In this document: piece by piece, positions 38,903 through 48,467 of the stretch | Layout of the letters: each line of letters opens with the position of its first letter | Position numbering within the stretch: the first letter of the stretch is position 1 | Assembly (NCBI GenBank): GCA_964348795.1 | Contig: CAYGDY010000005.1 | Span: 12,027 to 76,026 of the forward strand | Direction: 5' to 3' | Length of the DNA: 64,000 bases | Origin: an uncultured Pseudobdellovibrionaceae bacterium | Lineage (GTDB): Bacteria; Pseudomonadota; Alphaproteobacteria; Micavibrionales; Micavibrionaceae | Made by a program: the position numbers and the translations under genes | The notes under the pieces: generated by a model | What the model was told of the DNA's origin: nothing | Databases searched by the model: none | The model's input: the letters and a program-made list of their open reading frames with translations, nothing else

Positions 38903-38920
38903 GAAACAAGAAAGAAAAAC

Positions 38921-39682
38921 ATGCTAAAAATCCATAACCTCCATGCCAGCCTCTCTGCCGAACAGGGCGGAAAGGAAATTTTGAAAGGCTTGAACCTTGA
39001 GATCCCCAAGGGGCAGGTGCATGCGATTATGGGCCCGAACGGAAGCGGGAAATCCACACTGTCCTACGTTTTGGCGGGGCGGGACGGGTATGAGGTCACG
39101 CAGGGTACGGCCACGCTCGGCGAAGTGGATCTTCTGGCGCTGGCACCCGAGGAACGCGCGGCGGCAGGCCTGTTTCTGGCGTTTCAATATCCAGTGGAAA
39201 TTCCGGGGGTGAGTATGAACGTATTTCTGAAAACCGCGCTCAATGCGATACGGAAACAGCGTGGCGAGGCGGAATTGGACGCGCTGGGGCTCCTCAAGCT
39301 GATGAAAGCCAAATGCTCTGCGCTGGGCATTTCGGATGAGATGATGAAACGCGCCGTAAATGTCGGGTTTTCGGGCGGAGAGAAAAAGCGCAACGAAGTC
39401 CTGCAAATGGCCCTGCTGGAGCCCCAATTCTGCGTGCTGGACGAAACCGATAGCGGGCTGGATATTGACGCGCTCAAAATCGTGGCGGACGGGGTGAATG
39501 CCTTGCGCGGGCCGGACCGGTCATTTCTGGTGATCACCCATTACCAGCGCTTGCTGGATTATATCACGCCCGATGTGGTGCATGTGCTGGCGGACGGGCG
39601 GATCGTCAAAACAGGCGGGCCGGAGCTGGCAAAAGAACTGGAGCGCAACGGCTACGCTGAATTTATCGGGAAAGCCGCGTGA
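38921..39682 (+). CDS. sufC: Fe-S cluster assembly ATPase SufC
   Basis: Start taken at MLKIHNLHASL (ATG 38921). Walker A GPNGSGKST, ABC signature FSGGEKKR, Walker B CVLDETDSGLD. Confidence 0.97.
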   Translation: MLKIHNLHASLSAEQGGKEILKGLNLEIPKGQVHAIMGPNGSGKSTLSYVLAGRDGYEVTQGTATLGEVDLLALAPEERAAAGLFLAFQYPVEIPGVSMNVFLKTALNAIRKQRGEAELDALGLLKLMKAKCSALGISDEMMKRAVNVGFSGGEKKRNEVLQMALLEPQFCVLDETDSGLDIDALKIVADGVNALRGPDRSFLVITHYQRLLDYITPDVVHVLADGRIVKTGGPELAKELERNGYAEFIGKAA

Positions 39683-40647
39683 AACCCATGACCCGCACGG
39701 CCCTTGATCTCCGGCATCTGCCATCTCCCACGGAGGAAACGTGGAAATACACGAACTTGCCCCGCGCGGTGCCGGAAGGGCTGGGGTCCGCTTTACCGGA
39801 AGAGCGGATGATTCATATCCCCCGTGGAAAAGTCTGTGCAGAACCTGTGGAAATTCTGTGGACCGGTGTGGAAAATCAGCACCAACAGCCTGTATTCAAA
39901 ATTATCCTTGAGGCGGGGGCGCAAGTGACCGTGATCGAGCGGCATGAAGGGCAGGGTGCTTATTGGAAAAACATGGTCACGGAGATCCGCCTCGGGGACG
40001 GCGCTGTTTTAAATCATGTCCGTCTGCAGGCGGACTCTTTGCAGGCTGTGCATACCAACATGAGCACTGTGACACTCGGGCGGGATTCTGTCTATGAAGG
40101 ATTTTCCTGCAATAGCGGGGCGAAGCTCTCCCGCCATGAGATCTCTGCGACTCTCGCGGGCGAAAATGGAAGATGTACGTTTGCAGGGGTGAATCTTTTA
40201 AGAGACGTACAGCATGGCGATACGACCATCACGTTGGCACATACAGCCCCTCATGGTTTTTCGGAGCAGTTTTACCGGACGATTCTAGAGGGTATGGCGC
40301 GCGGGGTCTTTCAGGGGAAGGTCCATGTGCACAGGTCTGCGCAGAAAACCGATGCCTACCAGCTCTCCAAGGCGCTGTTGCTCTCGGACGGGTGCGAAAT
40401 GGATACGAAGCCCGAGCTTGAAATCTATGCCGATGATGTGAAATGTGCGCACGGGGCCACAACAGGCCAGATGGATGAGACAGCGTTGTTTTATCTGCGT
40501 TCGCGGGGCGTACCTGTGCCAGAGGCACGACGTTTGCTGATACGGGCCTTTGTGGATGAAGCGGTGGACAAGATCGGGGATGGGTTTTTAAGACACACCG
40601 TACACGAAAGGGTCATGCAATGGCTCCGGAACGCGCACACGCCATGA
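39679..40647 (+). CDS. sufD: Fe-S cluster assembly protein SufD (short form)
   Basis: C-terminal SufBD beta-helix blocks (KPELEIYADDVKCAHGATTGQMDETALFYLRSRG). GTG start overlaps the sufC stop. 322 aa. Confidence 0.85.
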   Translation: MKPMTRTALDLRHLPSPTEETWKYTNLPRAVPEGLGSALPEERMIHIPRGKVCAEPVEILWTGVENQHQQPVFKIILEAGAQVTVIERHEGQGAYWKNMVTEIRLGDGAVLNHVRLQADSLQAVHTNMSTVTLGRDSVYEGFSCNSGAKLSRHEISATLAGENGRCTFAGVNLLRDVQHGDTTITLAHTAPHGFSEQFYRTILEGMARGVFQGKVHVHRSAQKTDAYQLSKALLLSDGCEMDTKPELEIYADDVKCAHGATTGQMDETALFYLRSRGVPVPEARRLLIRAFVDEAVDKIGDGFLRHTVHERVMQWLRNAHTP

Positions 40648-41870
40648 GGACGCCGTCTGAAAATCTACGGCGGGCTGATTTTCCGGCTCTGAGCCAGACC
40701 ATGAATGGCAAACGGCTGGTGTTTTTGGACACGGCGGCCAGCGCGCAAAAGCCCCGTGCGGTTATAGGGGCCATGAACAAGGTGCTGGAAACAGGATATG
40801 CGAATATTCATCGGGGAATTTACCGGATTTCACAGGATTTGACAGCGGAATTTGAAGGGGTGCGCGCCAAAATCGGGCGTTTTATCGGGGCAGAAAGCGA
40901 AAAAACGATTGTGTTTACCCGCAATGCCACGGAATCCATCAATCTGGTGGCTCAAAGCTGGGGGCGTACGCATCTGCAGGCGGGCGATGAGATTATTCTG
41001 ACGGAGATGGAACATCACGCCAATATTGTGCCGTGGCAGTTGCTGGCGGGGCAGATCGGGAGTGTGATCAAGGTCGTACCCGTGATGGAAAACGGTCATC
41101 TGGATCATACCGCATTTGAAAATCTGTTAAGTAAAAAAACACGGCTGGTGTCTTGTGTTCATGTTTCCAATGCGATCGGAACGGTCAATGACGCGGGGGC
41201 TCTCATCAAAACGGCCCGTGCTTTTGATCCGGCCATTAAAATTTTGATAGACGGTTCGCAGGCTGTGCCCCATATGCCGGTGGATGTCCGGAAACTGGAT
41301 GCAGATTTTTATGTGTTTACGGGACACAAACTGTATGGCCCGACGGGCATTGGGGTTCTGTACGGAAAATATGAAGTGCTGGACACCATGCCTCCCTATC
41401 AGGGCGGGGGGGATATGATCGAACAGGTCAGTTTTACGGGCACCACGTTCAAGCCGCCGCCTGCGCGGTTCGAGGCCGGCACACCTGCCATTGTCGAGGT
41501 GATTGGACTGGGCGCCGCTGTGGACTATATGGAGTCTCAGGGGCTGGAAGATATTTTTGCGTATGAGAGGCAGATGATGGCGTATGCTGTGGCACGACTG
41601 GAGGGCATTAAGGGGCTGAGGCTGTATCATGGCGCCAATAGCTTGAGTGTGTTGCCGTTTATGCTGGAAGGCGTACACCCCTCCGATGCAGGGATGATCC
41701 TTGATCAGTGTGGTGTCGCAGTACGTACAGGCCACCATTGCTGTATGCCGCTTATGGCGCATTTGGGGGTGACGGGCACGATCAGAGCCTCTGTGGGGCT
41801 GTATACCGGTGGTCCGGAGATAGAGGCCTTGGTGCAGGGCATTGAAAAAGCGAAGGACTTGCTGGCATGA
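40644..41870 (+). CDS. sufS: cysteine desulfurase SufS
   Basis: Start taken at MRTPSENL (ATGA overlap with sufD). PLP-lysine region FTGHKLYGPTGIGVLYG and RTGHHCCMP active-site Cys loop. Confidence 0.95.
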   Translation: MRTPSENLRRADFPALSQTMNGKRLVFLDTAASAQKPRAVIGAMNKVLETGYANIHRGIYRISQDLTAEFEGVRAKIGRFIGAESEKTIVFTRNATESINLVAQSWGRTHLQAGDEIILTEMEHHANIVPWQLLAGQIGSVIKVVPVMENGHLDHTAFENLLSKKTRLVSCVHVSNAIGTVNDAGALIKTARAFDPAIKILIDGSQAVPHMPVDVRKLDADFYVFTGHKLYGPTGIGVLYGKYEVLDTMPPYQGGGDMIEQVSFTGTTFKPPPARFEAGTPAIVEVIGLGAAVDYMESQGLEDIFAYERQMMAYAVARLEGIKGLRLYHGANSLSVLPFMLEGVHPSDAGMILDQCGVAVRTGHHCCMPLMAHLGVTGTIRASVGLYTGGPEIEALVQGIEKAKDLLA

Positions 41871-42271
41871 ACGCAGTGAAAGAAGAAACGCAGACGACCG
41901 AAACGGGGTATGACGTGCTGGCCGAACCGCCGCATGCCGATGTGCCGCGGGATCATCCGCTCTGGCCTTTGATGTGCAAGGCCCTGAAGGAGGTGTATGA
42001 TCCGGAAATCCCTGTGAATGTATACGAGCTGGGCCTGATTTACACGGTCCGTCTCCTCGAACGGGCAGATGGTCTGGCCGATGCCAACGTACAGATGACC
42101 CTGACCTCGCCCGGGTGCCCTGTGGCGCAGGAAATGCCAGGCTGGGTGCAGGGCGCCCTGCTTCCGCTCGACGGGATCGGGGACGTGGATGTGGAAATTA
42201 TATGGGACCCCACATGGTCCCCCGCGATGATGGCGGAAACGGCCAAAATGCAACTCAATATGTTTTATTAA
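41867..42271 (+). CDS. sufT: SUF-associated DUF59 (SufT/MIP18-like) protein
   Basis: 134 aa. VYDPEIPVNVYELGLIY and LTSPGCPV motifs. Confidence 0.8.
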   Translation: MNAVKEETQTTETGYDVLAEPPHADVPRDHPLWPLMCKALKEVYDPEIPVNVYELGLIYTVRLLERADGLADANVQMTLTSPGCPVAQEMPGWVQGALLPLDGIGDVDVEIIWDPTWSPAMMAETAKMQLNMFY

Positions 42272-42296
42272 CGCTGTGGCGGGAAGGGGTTGGACA

Positions 42297-42650
42297 ATGG
42301 ATCTGGGAATAACAGTGACGCAGGCCGCACAGGCGCAGATGAAAAGCCTGATGGACTCTGCCGGAGAAGGCGCGCAAGGCCTTCGTCTGGCGATCAAGGC
42401 CACGGGATGTTCCGGCAACTCCTATAAAATGGAATATGTCTCGGCGGACGATTCAGGGGCGGCGGATGATATTCTCACGCTTTCCGATGGTGTCCGTCTT
42501 TATATTCCCAAGGTTGTGTCGTGGATGCTGATCGGTATGACGGTGGAGCATGTCACGGATGCGCTTGGCAATGCCCGTTTTGACTTCAAAAACCCCAATG
42601 AAACGGGGCGCTGTGGGTGTGGGGAAAGCTTTCAGGTTCAAAAACCTTAG
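42297..42650 (+). CDS. iron-sulfur cluster insertion protein (HesB/IscA/SufA family)
   Basis: Start taken at MDLGITVTQAA (ATG 42297, ggaagggg upstream). C-terminal CGCGESF motif and ATGCSGNSY. Confidence 0.85.
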   Translation: MDLGITVTQAAQAQMKSLMDSAGEGAQGLRLAIKATGCSGNSYKMEYVSADDSGAADDILTLSDGVRLYIPKVVSWMLIGMTVEHVTDALGNARFDFKNPNETGRCGCGESFQVQKP

Positions 42651-42690
42651 CCCTATTTTTGTCTTACAGCCCTTCTTGGCGCAAAATCCT

Positions 42691-43707
42691 TCAATGGGAG
42701 GAGAGCGAACTGGAGAGAGATCTTTCTGCCTTCTGTTGCGCCTCGAGCGCTGTTTCGATAACCTCCGGCCCCGCATGGTCTGTATAGGGCAGGGTGCTCA
42801 GAGCCCGTTTCCACGCTTTGGCCCCCCTTTGCCCCTGATAGAGCCCCAGAATATGCCGCGTAACCGATTTGACGGGCGTGTTGTATTTTTGCGCCTGTTC
42901 TGCGGCATAGTGCATCATCTGCCGTGCGATATCGCCCCTGTCCGGCAAGGGGGTGTTGTGAAGGTCCTGCGCAAGTTCTGCAAGGAGATAAGGGTTCTGG
43001 TAGGCCTCCCGCCCGATCATGACACCATCAAAACGGGCGATTTGCGTCAGGACAGCTTCACGGGTCGTCAGTCCGCCATTGAGAATAACGCGCAAAGCCG
43101 GATAGCGGGATTTGATGGCAAAAGCGCGGTCATAATCCAGTGGCGGCTTTTGCCGGTTCTCTTTCGGTGAAAGTCCCTTCAGCCAAGCTTTTCGCGCATG
43201 GATGATCAGGGTTTTACAGCCATGATCCACAAGGTTGTCCACAAAGCGGAGGAGAAAATCCAGATCATCCTGATCATCCACCCCGATCCGGCATTTGACG
43301 GTGATGGGGGTCCGTGTTGCCGAAACCATCGCGGAAACAAGGGCGCCAACATGCGCCGGCTCTTGCATCAGGCAGGCCCCGAAACGCCCGTTTTGCACAC
43401 GATCGGACGGACAACCGCAATTGAGGTTGATCTCGTCATAGCCGGCCGCCTCCCCCAGTCTGGCACAAAGCGCGAGGGCTTTCGGCTCGGAACCACCCAA
43501 TTGCAGGGCTATCGGGTGCTCGGCGGCGCTATAGCGCAGGTGACGGTCCACATCCCCGTGCAAGAGCGCGCCTGTCGTGACCATTTCGGTATAGAGTTTG
43601 GCACGGGGATTGAGAAGCCGGTGGAAAAAACGGCAATGCCGGTCTGTCCAGTCCATCATGGGGGCCACAGAAATTTCAGTGTTTTTGTGCGCGGGCTCTT
43701 GATTCAT
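42691..43707 (-). CDS. dusA: tRNA dihydrouridine(20/20a) synthase DusA
   Basis: Start taken at MNQEPAHKNTEISVAPMMDWTDRHCRFFHR (ATG 43707). 338 aa, NLNCGCPS catalytic Cys. The 763-aa track ORF has a spurious upstream extension. Confidence 0.93.
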   Translation of the reverse strand: MNQEPAHKNTEISVAPMMDWTDRHCRFFHRLLNPRAKLYTEMVTTGALLHGDVDRHLRYSAAEHPIALQLGGSEPKALALCARLGEAAGYDEINLNCGCPSDRVQNGRFGACLMQEPAHVGALVSAMVSATRTPITVKCRIGVDDQDDLDFLLRFVDNLVDHGCKTLIIHARKAWLKGLSPKENRQKPPLDYDRAFAIKSRYPALRVILNGGLTTREAVLTQIARFDGVMIGREAYQNPYLLAELAQDLHNTPLPDRGDIARQMMHYAAEQAQKYNTPVKSVTRHILGLYQGQRGAKAWKRALSTLPYTDHAGPEVIETALEAQQKAERSLSSSLSSH

Positions 43708-43734
43708 CGCCCGTTTTTTATCATAAACAAGGGT

Positions 43735-44283
43735 ATGCGCGTCTATAAAAAACAATCCCTCCTGCTTTTTTTTCTGTTGTGCCTTGCGGGAGAGCCTGCG
43801 GGCGTTTTGCGAGCGCAGGAAAAGGCACCTGTCGAGGCGGTGTCTAAAATCTCTCCGGCCTTCCGGTCTACGGAATATCCTTTGCCGCGTTTTGTGTCTT
43901 TGGGGGCAGACGAGGTGTTTGTGCGCACGGGGCCAGGCCAGAAATACCCTGTGGAATGGGCGTACAAGCGCAAAGGTCTGCCGGTCGAGATCATTCTGGA
44001 GTACGATATCTGGCGGAAAATCAGGGATTTTGACGGGCAGGTGGGCTGGGTGCATCATACGTTGCTCAATGGTCGCAGGACCGCTTTTGTCACGGTCAAA
44101 ACCCTCCCTTTGAGAAAAAACAACGATGAAAACAGCACGGTTATGGCGTATATCGCCGAGAAAGCTGTTGTGGATGTCGTGAAGTGTGACGGACAGTGGT
44201 GCCTTGTGAACGCCTCCGGATACAAGGGCTGGGTTCCACAAAAATTGCTCTGGGGTGTTTACGAGTCCGAGGTTTTCGATTAG
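43735..44283 (+). CDS. SH3-like domain protein (DUF1058)
   Basis: Start taken at MRVYKKQSLLLFFLLCLAG (signal peptide). PRFVSLGADEVFVRTGPGQKYPVEWAYKRKGLPVEII...GQVGWVHHTLL matches the DUF1058 pattern, from memory. Confidence 0.7.
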   Translation: MRVYKKQSLLLFFLLCLAGEPAGVLRAQEKAPVEAVSKISPAFRSTEYPLPRFVSLGADEVFVRTGPGQKYPVEWAYKRKGLPVEIILEYDIWRKIRDFDGQVGWVHHTLLNGRRTAFVTVKTLPLRKNNDENSTVMAYIAEKAVVDVVKCDGQWCLVNASGYKGWVPQKLLWGVYESEVFD

Positions 44284-44367
44284 ATTGAATCCTGAGATTT
44301 GATTCTTCTGCGTTTGTCCTGTTCTTTCCCCTTTTTCCTTCTTTTTAGCCATTGTCGGGCCATTTTC

Positions 44368-45342
44368 ATGTTTGCACTGACCAATAAGCCAGAAATGGCG
44401 GCGCGTTTGTATGCCGGTTTGATTCAACTGGCGACCGATCCGGCGCAAGGCACTGACGCCATGCGGCTGATCCAGCATATGGCGGGAGTGCTGGTCGAAA
44501 CCTTTCTGGTTTTTGACGAGCCCGACGAGGTCATGGAGGTCACCTTGCGCCGTTTGTCCGACATGCTGGAGTGCGCTCCGATCGGGGGCGCTCTCGGGCA
44601 GAGGGTGTTGCCGCCGGCCCATGTGATGGATTACGAAACCGAACGGGGCCGGATGGCGGCGCGCAGGTTTTTCGAGGAATGGCTGGATTGTGTTTTTGAA
44701 TTTCATGCTCTGGTTCTGGTGATTATCCACAATATTATCGTGAGCTGGGAAGCCGATGGCCAGACTCGGGATGAGTCCCTGCGCCTGCTGGTCGAATGTA
44801 CGCACAGGGCCATGGGCTTCGAGATTGCCGCGCAGGAGCTGTGCGATGTGGTCATCGACCGGAAAGTGGCTTCGGAAGGCTGGAGTCTGGGTGACTGCAT
44901 TGCCTCGCTGAGCGCTGTGGCTGGCCGGCGGCTGGCGCTCTCCCTGAATTCCGATGCTTGCATGCTCTTTCGGGGGGCGCATTTGCCGGAATGTCTGGAC
45001 AAGATTGTCTATGTCATGACGCAGGAAGCGGTGCGCCTGGGCGTGCCCGCAGGCTCTGACTGGCGATTCGGACTGGCGGCCAATGACGTGCCGATCAACG
45101 CACCGATGGATCTGGTCTACGGGATCGAGCCCTATTGCCAGAGTTTTTTCGATGCGATGCAGATCAAGAACCAGTATGAACAGGCCGTATGCTGTGCGAA
45201 GGCCGCAGGCCGGATGCTGGCCGTGGCGGCCGGTGGGGAGTTGCCCGAACTGGAGCCTGCCATTGCCAAACCGCTTGCCATGGCGGCGATTACAGAGACG
45301 TACAAGTCTGTTTGCATGGAACAGACGGCCTTTTCCGTTTAA
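44368..45342 (+). CDS. hypothetical protein
   Basis: 324-aa ORF from ATG 44368 with host-like composition. No motif recognised. Confidence 0.5.
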   Translation: MFALTNKPEMAARLYAGLIQLATDPAQGTDAMRLIQHMAGVLVETFLVFDEPDEVMEVTLRRLSDMLECAPIGGALGQRVLPPAHVMDYETERGRMAARRFFEEWLDCVFEFHALVLVIIHNIIVSWEADGQTRDESLRLLVECTHRAMGFEIAAQELCDVVIDRKVASEGWSLGDCIASLSAVAGRRLALSLNSDACMLFRGAHLPECLDKIVYVMTQEAVRLGVPAGSDWRFGLAANDVPINAPMDLVYGIEPYCQSFFDAMQIKNQYEQAVCCAKAAGRMLAVAAGGELPELEPAIAKPLAMAAITETYKSVCMEQTAFSV

Positions 45343-45379
45343 AAATTACGGATGCTAGGGGGTGAAAATCTCCCCACCC

Positions 45380-45408
45380 TTGCAAGCCCTCCTGAACTTG
45401 CCTATAAC
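45380..45408 (+). promoter_or_regulatory. sigma-70-like promoter candidate for fabA
   Basis: TTGCAA, 17-nt spacer, TATAAC, 28 nt upstream of the fabA ATG. Confidence 0.45.
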
Positions 45409-45435
45409 AGGGGGAAACGGGAATCATTTTAGAGC

Positions 45436-45963
45436 ATGACCATGATATTTGAACAAAAATCCCATTACGGGTATGACGAAATTATCGCTTGTGGCGAAGG
45501 AAACATGTTTGGGGCAGGCAATGCGAAGCTTCCCCTGCCGCCCATGCTCATGTTTGACCGGATTACGGATGTTTCTCTGGAAGGTGGGGCGCATGGCAAG
45601 GGACTCATCGCGGCGGAATTTGATATTCATCCCGATCTGTGGTTTTTTGCGTGCCATTTCAAAGGAGATCCTGTTATGCCAGGCTGTCTGGGGCTTGACG
45701 CGCTGTGGCAATTGCTGGGGTTTTATCTGGGCTGGACGGGTGCGAAAGGCTCTGGTCGTGCTTTAGGATTGGGCGAGTTGAAGCTTACGGGGCAGGTTCA
45801 GCCTACCACAAAACTGGTCAAATACGTGGTGGACATCAAGCGCGTGATCAACCGCAAGCTGGTGCTTGGTATCGGCGATGGGAAAATGTACGCCGATGGG
45901 CAGTTGATCTATGAGGCCGAGGGCCTCAAGGTCGGGCTGTTTGAAAATACGGCGGCGATGTAG
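45436..45963 (+). CDS. fabA: 3-hydroxydecanoyl-ACP dehydratase/isomerase
   Basis: 175 aa. Active-site region [34 protein letters not shown] is diagnostic of FabA. Confidence 0.95.
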   Translation: MTMIFEQKSHYGYDEIIACGEGNMFGAGNAKLPLPPMLMFDRITDVSLEGGAHGKGLIAAEFDIHPDLWFFACHFKGDPVMPGCLGLDALWQLLGFYLGWTGAKGSGRALGLGELKLTGQVQPTTKLVKYVVDIKRVINRKLVLGIGDGKMYADGQLIYEAEGLKVGLFENTAAM

Positions 45964-45976
45964 GGCATTGCCTTTA

Positions 45977-46669
45977 TCATTGGTTCTGGGGGTACATAAA
46001 ATTTACCATCTCAATGGTGTGTGCAGATATTTCGGGAAGTTTTAGCCCTTCTTCCTCGAGACGGTCTTTGATTTCCCTGAATGTTTTTGTTCTTGGGCCT
46101 ATTTTGGGCATATGTTTTAAGGCATCCTCTGAAAACTGGAGCAGTTCTCCAATGGTTTCAATGCCGTTGGACCGCAGAGCGTTTTTGGTACGTTCTGTAA
46201 AGCCGAAATGTTTGACAGATAGGTCTTTGATGTCTTGTTTTTGCAAATCATCTTCTGTAACTGGGATCATGGGGCCAAATTGTCTGTAAGGCTCTCGGTG
46301 TCCTATAAACTCAACATCTGTGTTTTCTAGGTCAGCAATCATACAACGGGGCGTGGGGCCTTGTGTATTCACCGTTTGTGCAAAGGTGATAGAGAGTGTA
46401 TGGGCGGGATGTTTAAAGTTTCCATTGGGATGGACTTCTTGGGCCTCGACAGTTTGGGAGTTGTAAGGAGTACTTGGTTGCTCTGCCTGTGTGATTAAGA
46501 AAAATTTGTCTTTGAGCGAAGGGCCTGTATCACGAGAGAGATGCTCTTTTTTCAATAAAAAAAATTCGTTATCTCGCCATCCATCATTGCCCCTTATAAG
46601 TTCGGCTCCATGCGAATTTCCTATTTTGATCACATCGCCTTCTTTTAAAAAATCCTGCACCAGTTTCAT
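45977..46669 (-). CDS. hypothetical protein with C-terminal RNA polymerase alpha-CTD-like helix-hairpin-helix domain
   Basis: 230 aa. Residues about 147-212 (nt 46034-46231), [63 protein letters not shown], follow the RpoA CTD pattern L.LS.R..N.L...I.TIGEL......L....N.G.KS..EI...L...GL. The N-terminal 145 aa are unrecognised. AT-rich. Confidence 0.6.
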   Translation of the reverse strand: MKLVQDFLKEGDVIKIGNSHGAELIRGNDGWRDNEFFLLKKEHLSRDTGPSLKDKFFLITQAEQPSTPYNSQTVEAQEVHPNGNFKHPAHTLSITFAQTVNTQGPTPRCMIADLENTDVEFIGHREPYRQFGPMIPVTEDDLQKQDIKDLSVKHFGFTERTKNALRSNGIETIGELLQFSEDALKHMPKIGPRTKTFREIKDRLEEEGLKLPEISAHTIEMVNFMYPQNQ

Positions 46670-46776
46670 GGCCTTGCCCTTCTTTTTGGTATGGCTGGTA
46701 TATTAGACAGAAAACAATGGTTCTGTCAAATAAAATCTGCGTGACCTCTTCTCGCTTCCTTGCTAGAAAGGAAGCC

Positions 46777-48012
46777 ATGAATCAGACACACAGACGGATT
46801 GTGGTTACGGGGCTCGGGATTGTTTCCTGTATTGGAAATTCTGTGCCTGCGGTTTTGGAATCGTTACGCGCAGGGCGCTCGGGGATTACGTTTTCCCCCG
46901 AATACGCCGAGATGGGCTTTCGCTCCCATGTCTACGGGAGGCCGGATATCACCCTTGAAGACCACATCGACAAGCGTTTGTGGCGTTTTATGGGCGATTC
47001 TGCGGGCTATACGCATCTGGCGATGGAGCAGGCGATTGCAGATTCCGGCCTTGAGGAAAAAGATGTCGTGAATGAGCGCACGGGGATTATCATGGGCTCC
47101 GGCGGTCCCTCGACGCGGGCGCAGGTTCTGGCGGCGGATATTACGCGGGAAAAGGGGCCCAAACGCGTGGGGCCGTTTGCTGTGCCGAAATGTATGTCCT
47201 CCACCACGTCGGCTACGATTGCGACGAATTTCAAGATCAAGGGCGTGAATTATTCGATTTCCTCGGCCTGCTCGACCTCCGCGCATTGTATCGGCAACGC
47301 GGCGGAACAGATTTTGTTGGGCAAACAGGATGTCATGTTCGCGGGCGGGGGGGAGGAGCTGGACTGGACGCTTTCTGTCCTGTTTGACGCGATGGGCGCG
47401 ATGTCCTCTAAATACAATGATACGCCGGAGCGGTCTGCGCGCGCCTATGATGCGAATCGCGATGGTTTTGTGATTGCGGGCGGCGGCGCGGTTGTGGTGC
47501 TGGAGGAGCTGTCCCATGCCAGGGCGCGGGGCGCAAAGATTTATGCCGAACTCACGGGCTATGGTGCAACGTCTGACGGCGCGGATATGGTGGCCCCGAG
47601 CGGGGAGGGGGCTGTGCGGTGTATGCGTCAGGCGCTCTCTACCATTAAAACCCCCGTCACCTATATCAACACGCATGGCACGAGTACGCCTGTGGGCGAT
47701 ATGACGGAGCTGAACGCCATTCGGGAGGTTTTCGGTGCGCGCGAAGATAAGCCGTATATCAGTGCGACAAAATCCATGACGGGGCATTCCCTCGGCGCGA
47801 CGGGCGCGCAGGAGGCTATTTATTCTATCCTCATGATGCAGAACGATTTCGTTGCGCCGAGCATCAATGTCGAAACGCTGGACGAGGGCGCCGTTGGCAT
47901 GAATGTTGCGACCGCCCGCGTGGACGGGGTCAAGCACCAAACGGTGCTGTCCAATAGTTTTGGTTTCGGCGGCACGAATGCGACGCTGGCGTTGAGTAGG
48001 TTTGAGGGGTAG
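46777..48012 (+). CDS. fabB: beta-ketoacyl-ACP synthase I
   Basis: Start taken at [21 protein letters not shown] (ATG 46777). Active-site [21 protein letters not shown] and GHSLGATGA. Adjacent to fabA. Confidence 0.95.
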   Translation: MNQTHRRIVVTGLGIVSCIGNSVPAVLESLRAGRSGITFSPEYAEMGFRSHVYGRPDITLEDHIDKRLWRFMGDSAGYTHLAMEQAIADSGLEEKDVVNERTGIIMGSGGPSTRAQVLAADITREKGPKRVGPFAVPKCMSSTTSATIATNFKIKGVNYSISSACSTSAHCIGNAAEQILLGKQDVMFAGGGEELDWTLSVLFDAMGAMSSKYNDTPERSARAYDANRDGFVIAGGGAVVVLEELSHARARGAKIYAELTGYGATSDGADMVAPSGEGAVRCMRQALSTIKTPVTYINTHGTSTPVGDMTELNAIREVFGAREDKPYISATKSMTGHSLGATGAQEAIYSILMMQNDFVAPSINVETLDEGAVGMNVATARVDGVKHQTVLSNSFGFGGTNATLALSRFEG

Positions 48013-48027
48013 ATCGGGTTCAGTATG

Positions 48028-48097
48028 TCTCCAAAACTCCGAGTCTCCGCTTGAATTTTTTGGGGTTTGTTTTAAGCGGAGTTTAGGAGATACGGAG
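48028..48097. repeat. Cassette junction J0: L-arm (3x CTCC at 8-nt phase), 17-nt spacer, R-arm (3x GGAG at 8-nt phase)
   Basis: tCTCCaaaaCTCCgagtCTCCgcttga / attttttggggtttgtt / ttaagcGGAGtttaGGAGatacGGAG. Confidence 0.8.
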
Positions 48098-48122
48098 TTT
48101 TTTGTAGGAGCGGGCTGTAAAA

Positions 48123-48239
48123 ATGAAAATCGGAGAAATTGTTAAGATCCATATACCTGAAATTATTCGGTATTGTGAAGAAGTTGATCCACAGGAGTTT
48201 ATTCGTTTTAAAACTCCAAAACTCCGAGTCTCCGCTTGA
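48123..48239 (+). CDS. 38-aa ORF inside the tandem unit (copy 1), coding status doubtful
   Basis: MKIGEIVKIHIPEIIRYCEEVDPQEFIRFKTPKLRVSA*. The last 9 codons and the stop lie in the L-arm. Could be a gene fragment. Confidence 0.2.
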   Translation: MKIGEIVKIHIPEIIRYCEEVDPQEFIRFKTPKLRVSA

Positions 48240-48282
48240 ATTTTTTGGGGTTTGTTTTAAGCGGAGTTTAGGAGATACGGAG
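48210..48282. repeat. Cassette junction J1 (L-arm, spacer, R-arm)
   Basis: Identical to J0 apart from the extended 5' aaaactcc. Confidence 0.8.
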
Positions 48283-48307
48283 TTTTTTGTAGGAGCGGGC
48301 TGTAAAA

Positions 48308-48424
48308 ATGAAAATCGGAGAAATTGTTAAGATCCATATACCTGAAATTATTCGGTATTGTGAAGAAGTTGATCCACAGGAGTTTATTCGTTTTAAAACT
48401 CCAAAACTCCGAGTCTCCGCTTGA
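48308..48424 (+). CDS. 38-aa ORF inside the tandem unit (copy 2), coding status doubtful
   Basis: Identical to 48123..48239. Confidence 0.2.
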   Translation: MKIGEIVKIHIPEIIRYCEEVDPQEFIRFKTPKLRVSA

Positions 48425-48467
48425 ATTTTTTGGGGTTTGTTTTAAGCGGAGTTTAGGAGATACGGAG
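48395..48467. repeat. Cassette junction J2 (L-arm, spacer, R-arm)
   Basis: Identical to J1. The last GGAG(G) of the R-arm sits 7 nt upstream of the GxxExxY ATG and can serve as its Shine-Dalgarno. Confidence 0.8.

Noticed and set aside
43600-43760. dusA 5' end as an integration site for dusA-specific integrase islands
   Set aside because: dusA looks intact with a normal N-terminus. The neighbouring gene is an alphaproteobacterial SH3/DUF1058 protein, and no integrase or direct repeat of the dusA 5' end was seen.
42691-44982. 763-aa minus-strand ORF spanning dusA and running antisense through the SH3-domain gene and the next hypothetical gene
   Set aside because: Only the last 338 aa (from ATG 43707) look like a real protein (DusA). 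The upstream 425 aa are Arg/Pro/His-rich low-complexity sequence antisense to plus-strand genes, one of which has a recognisable domain (DUF1058).
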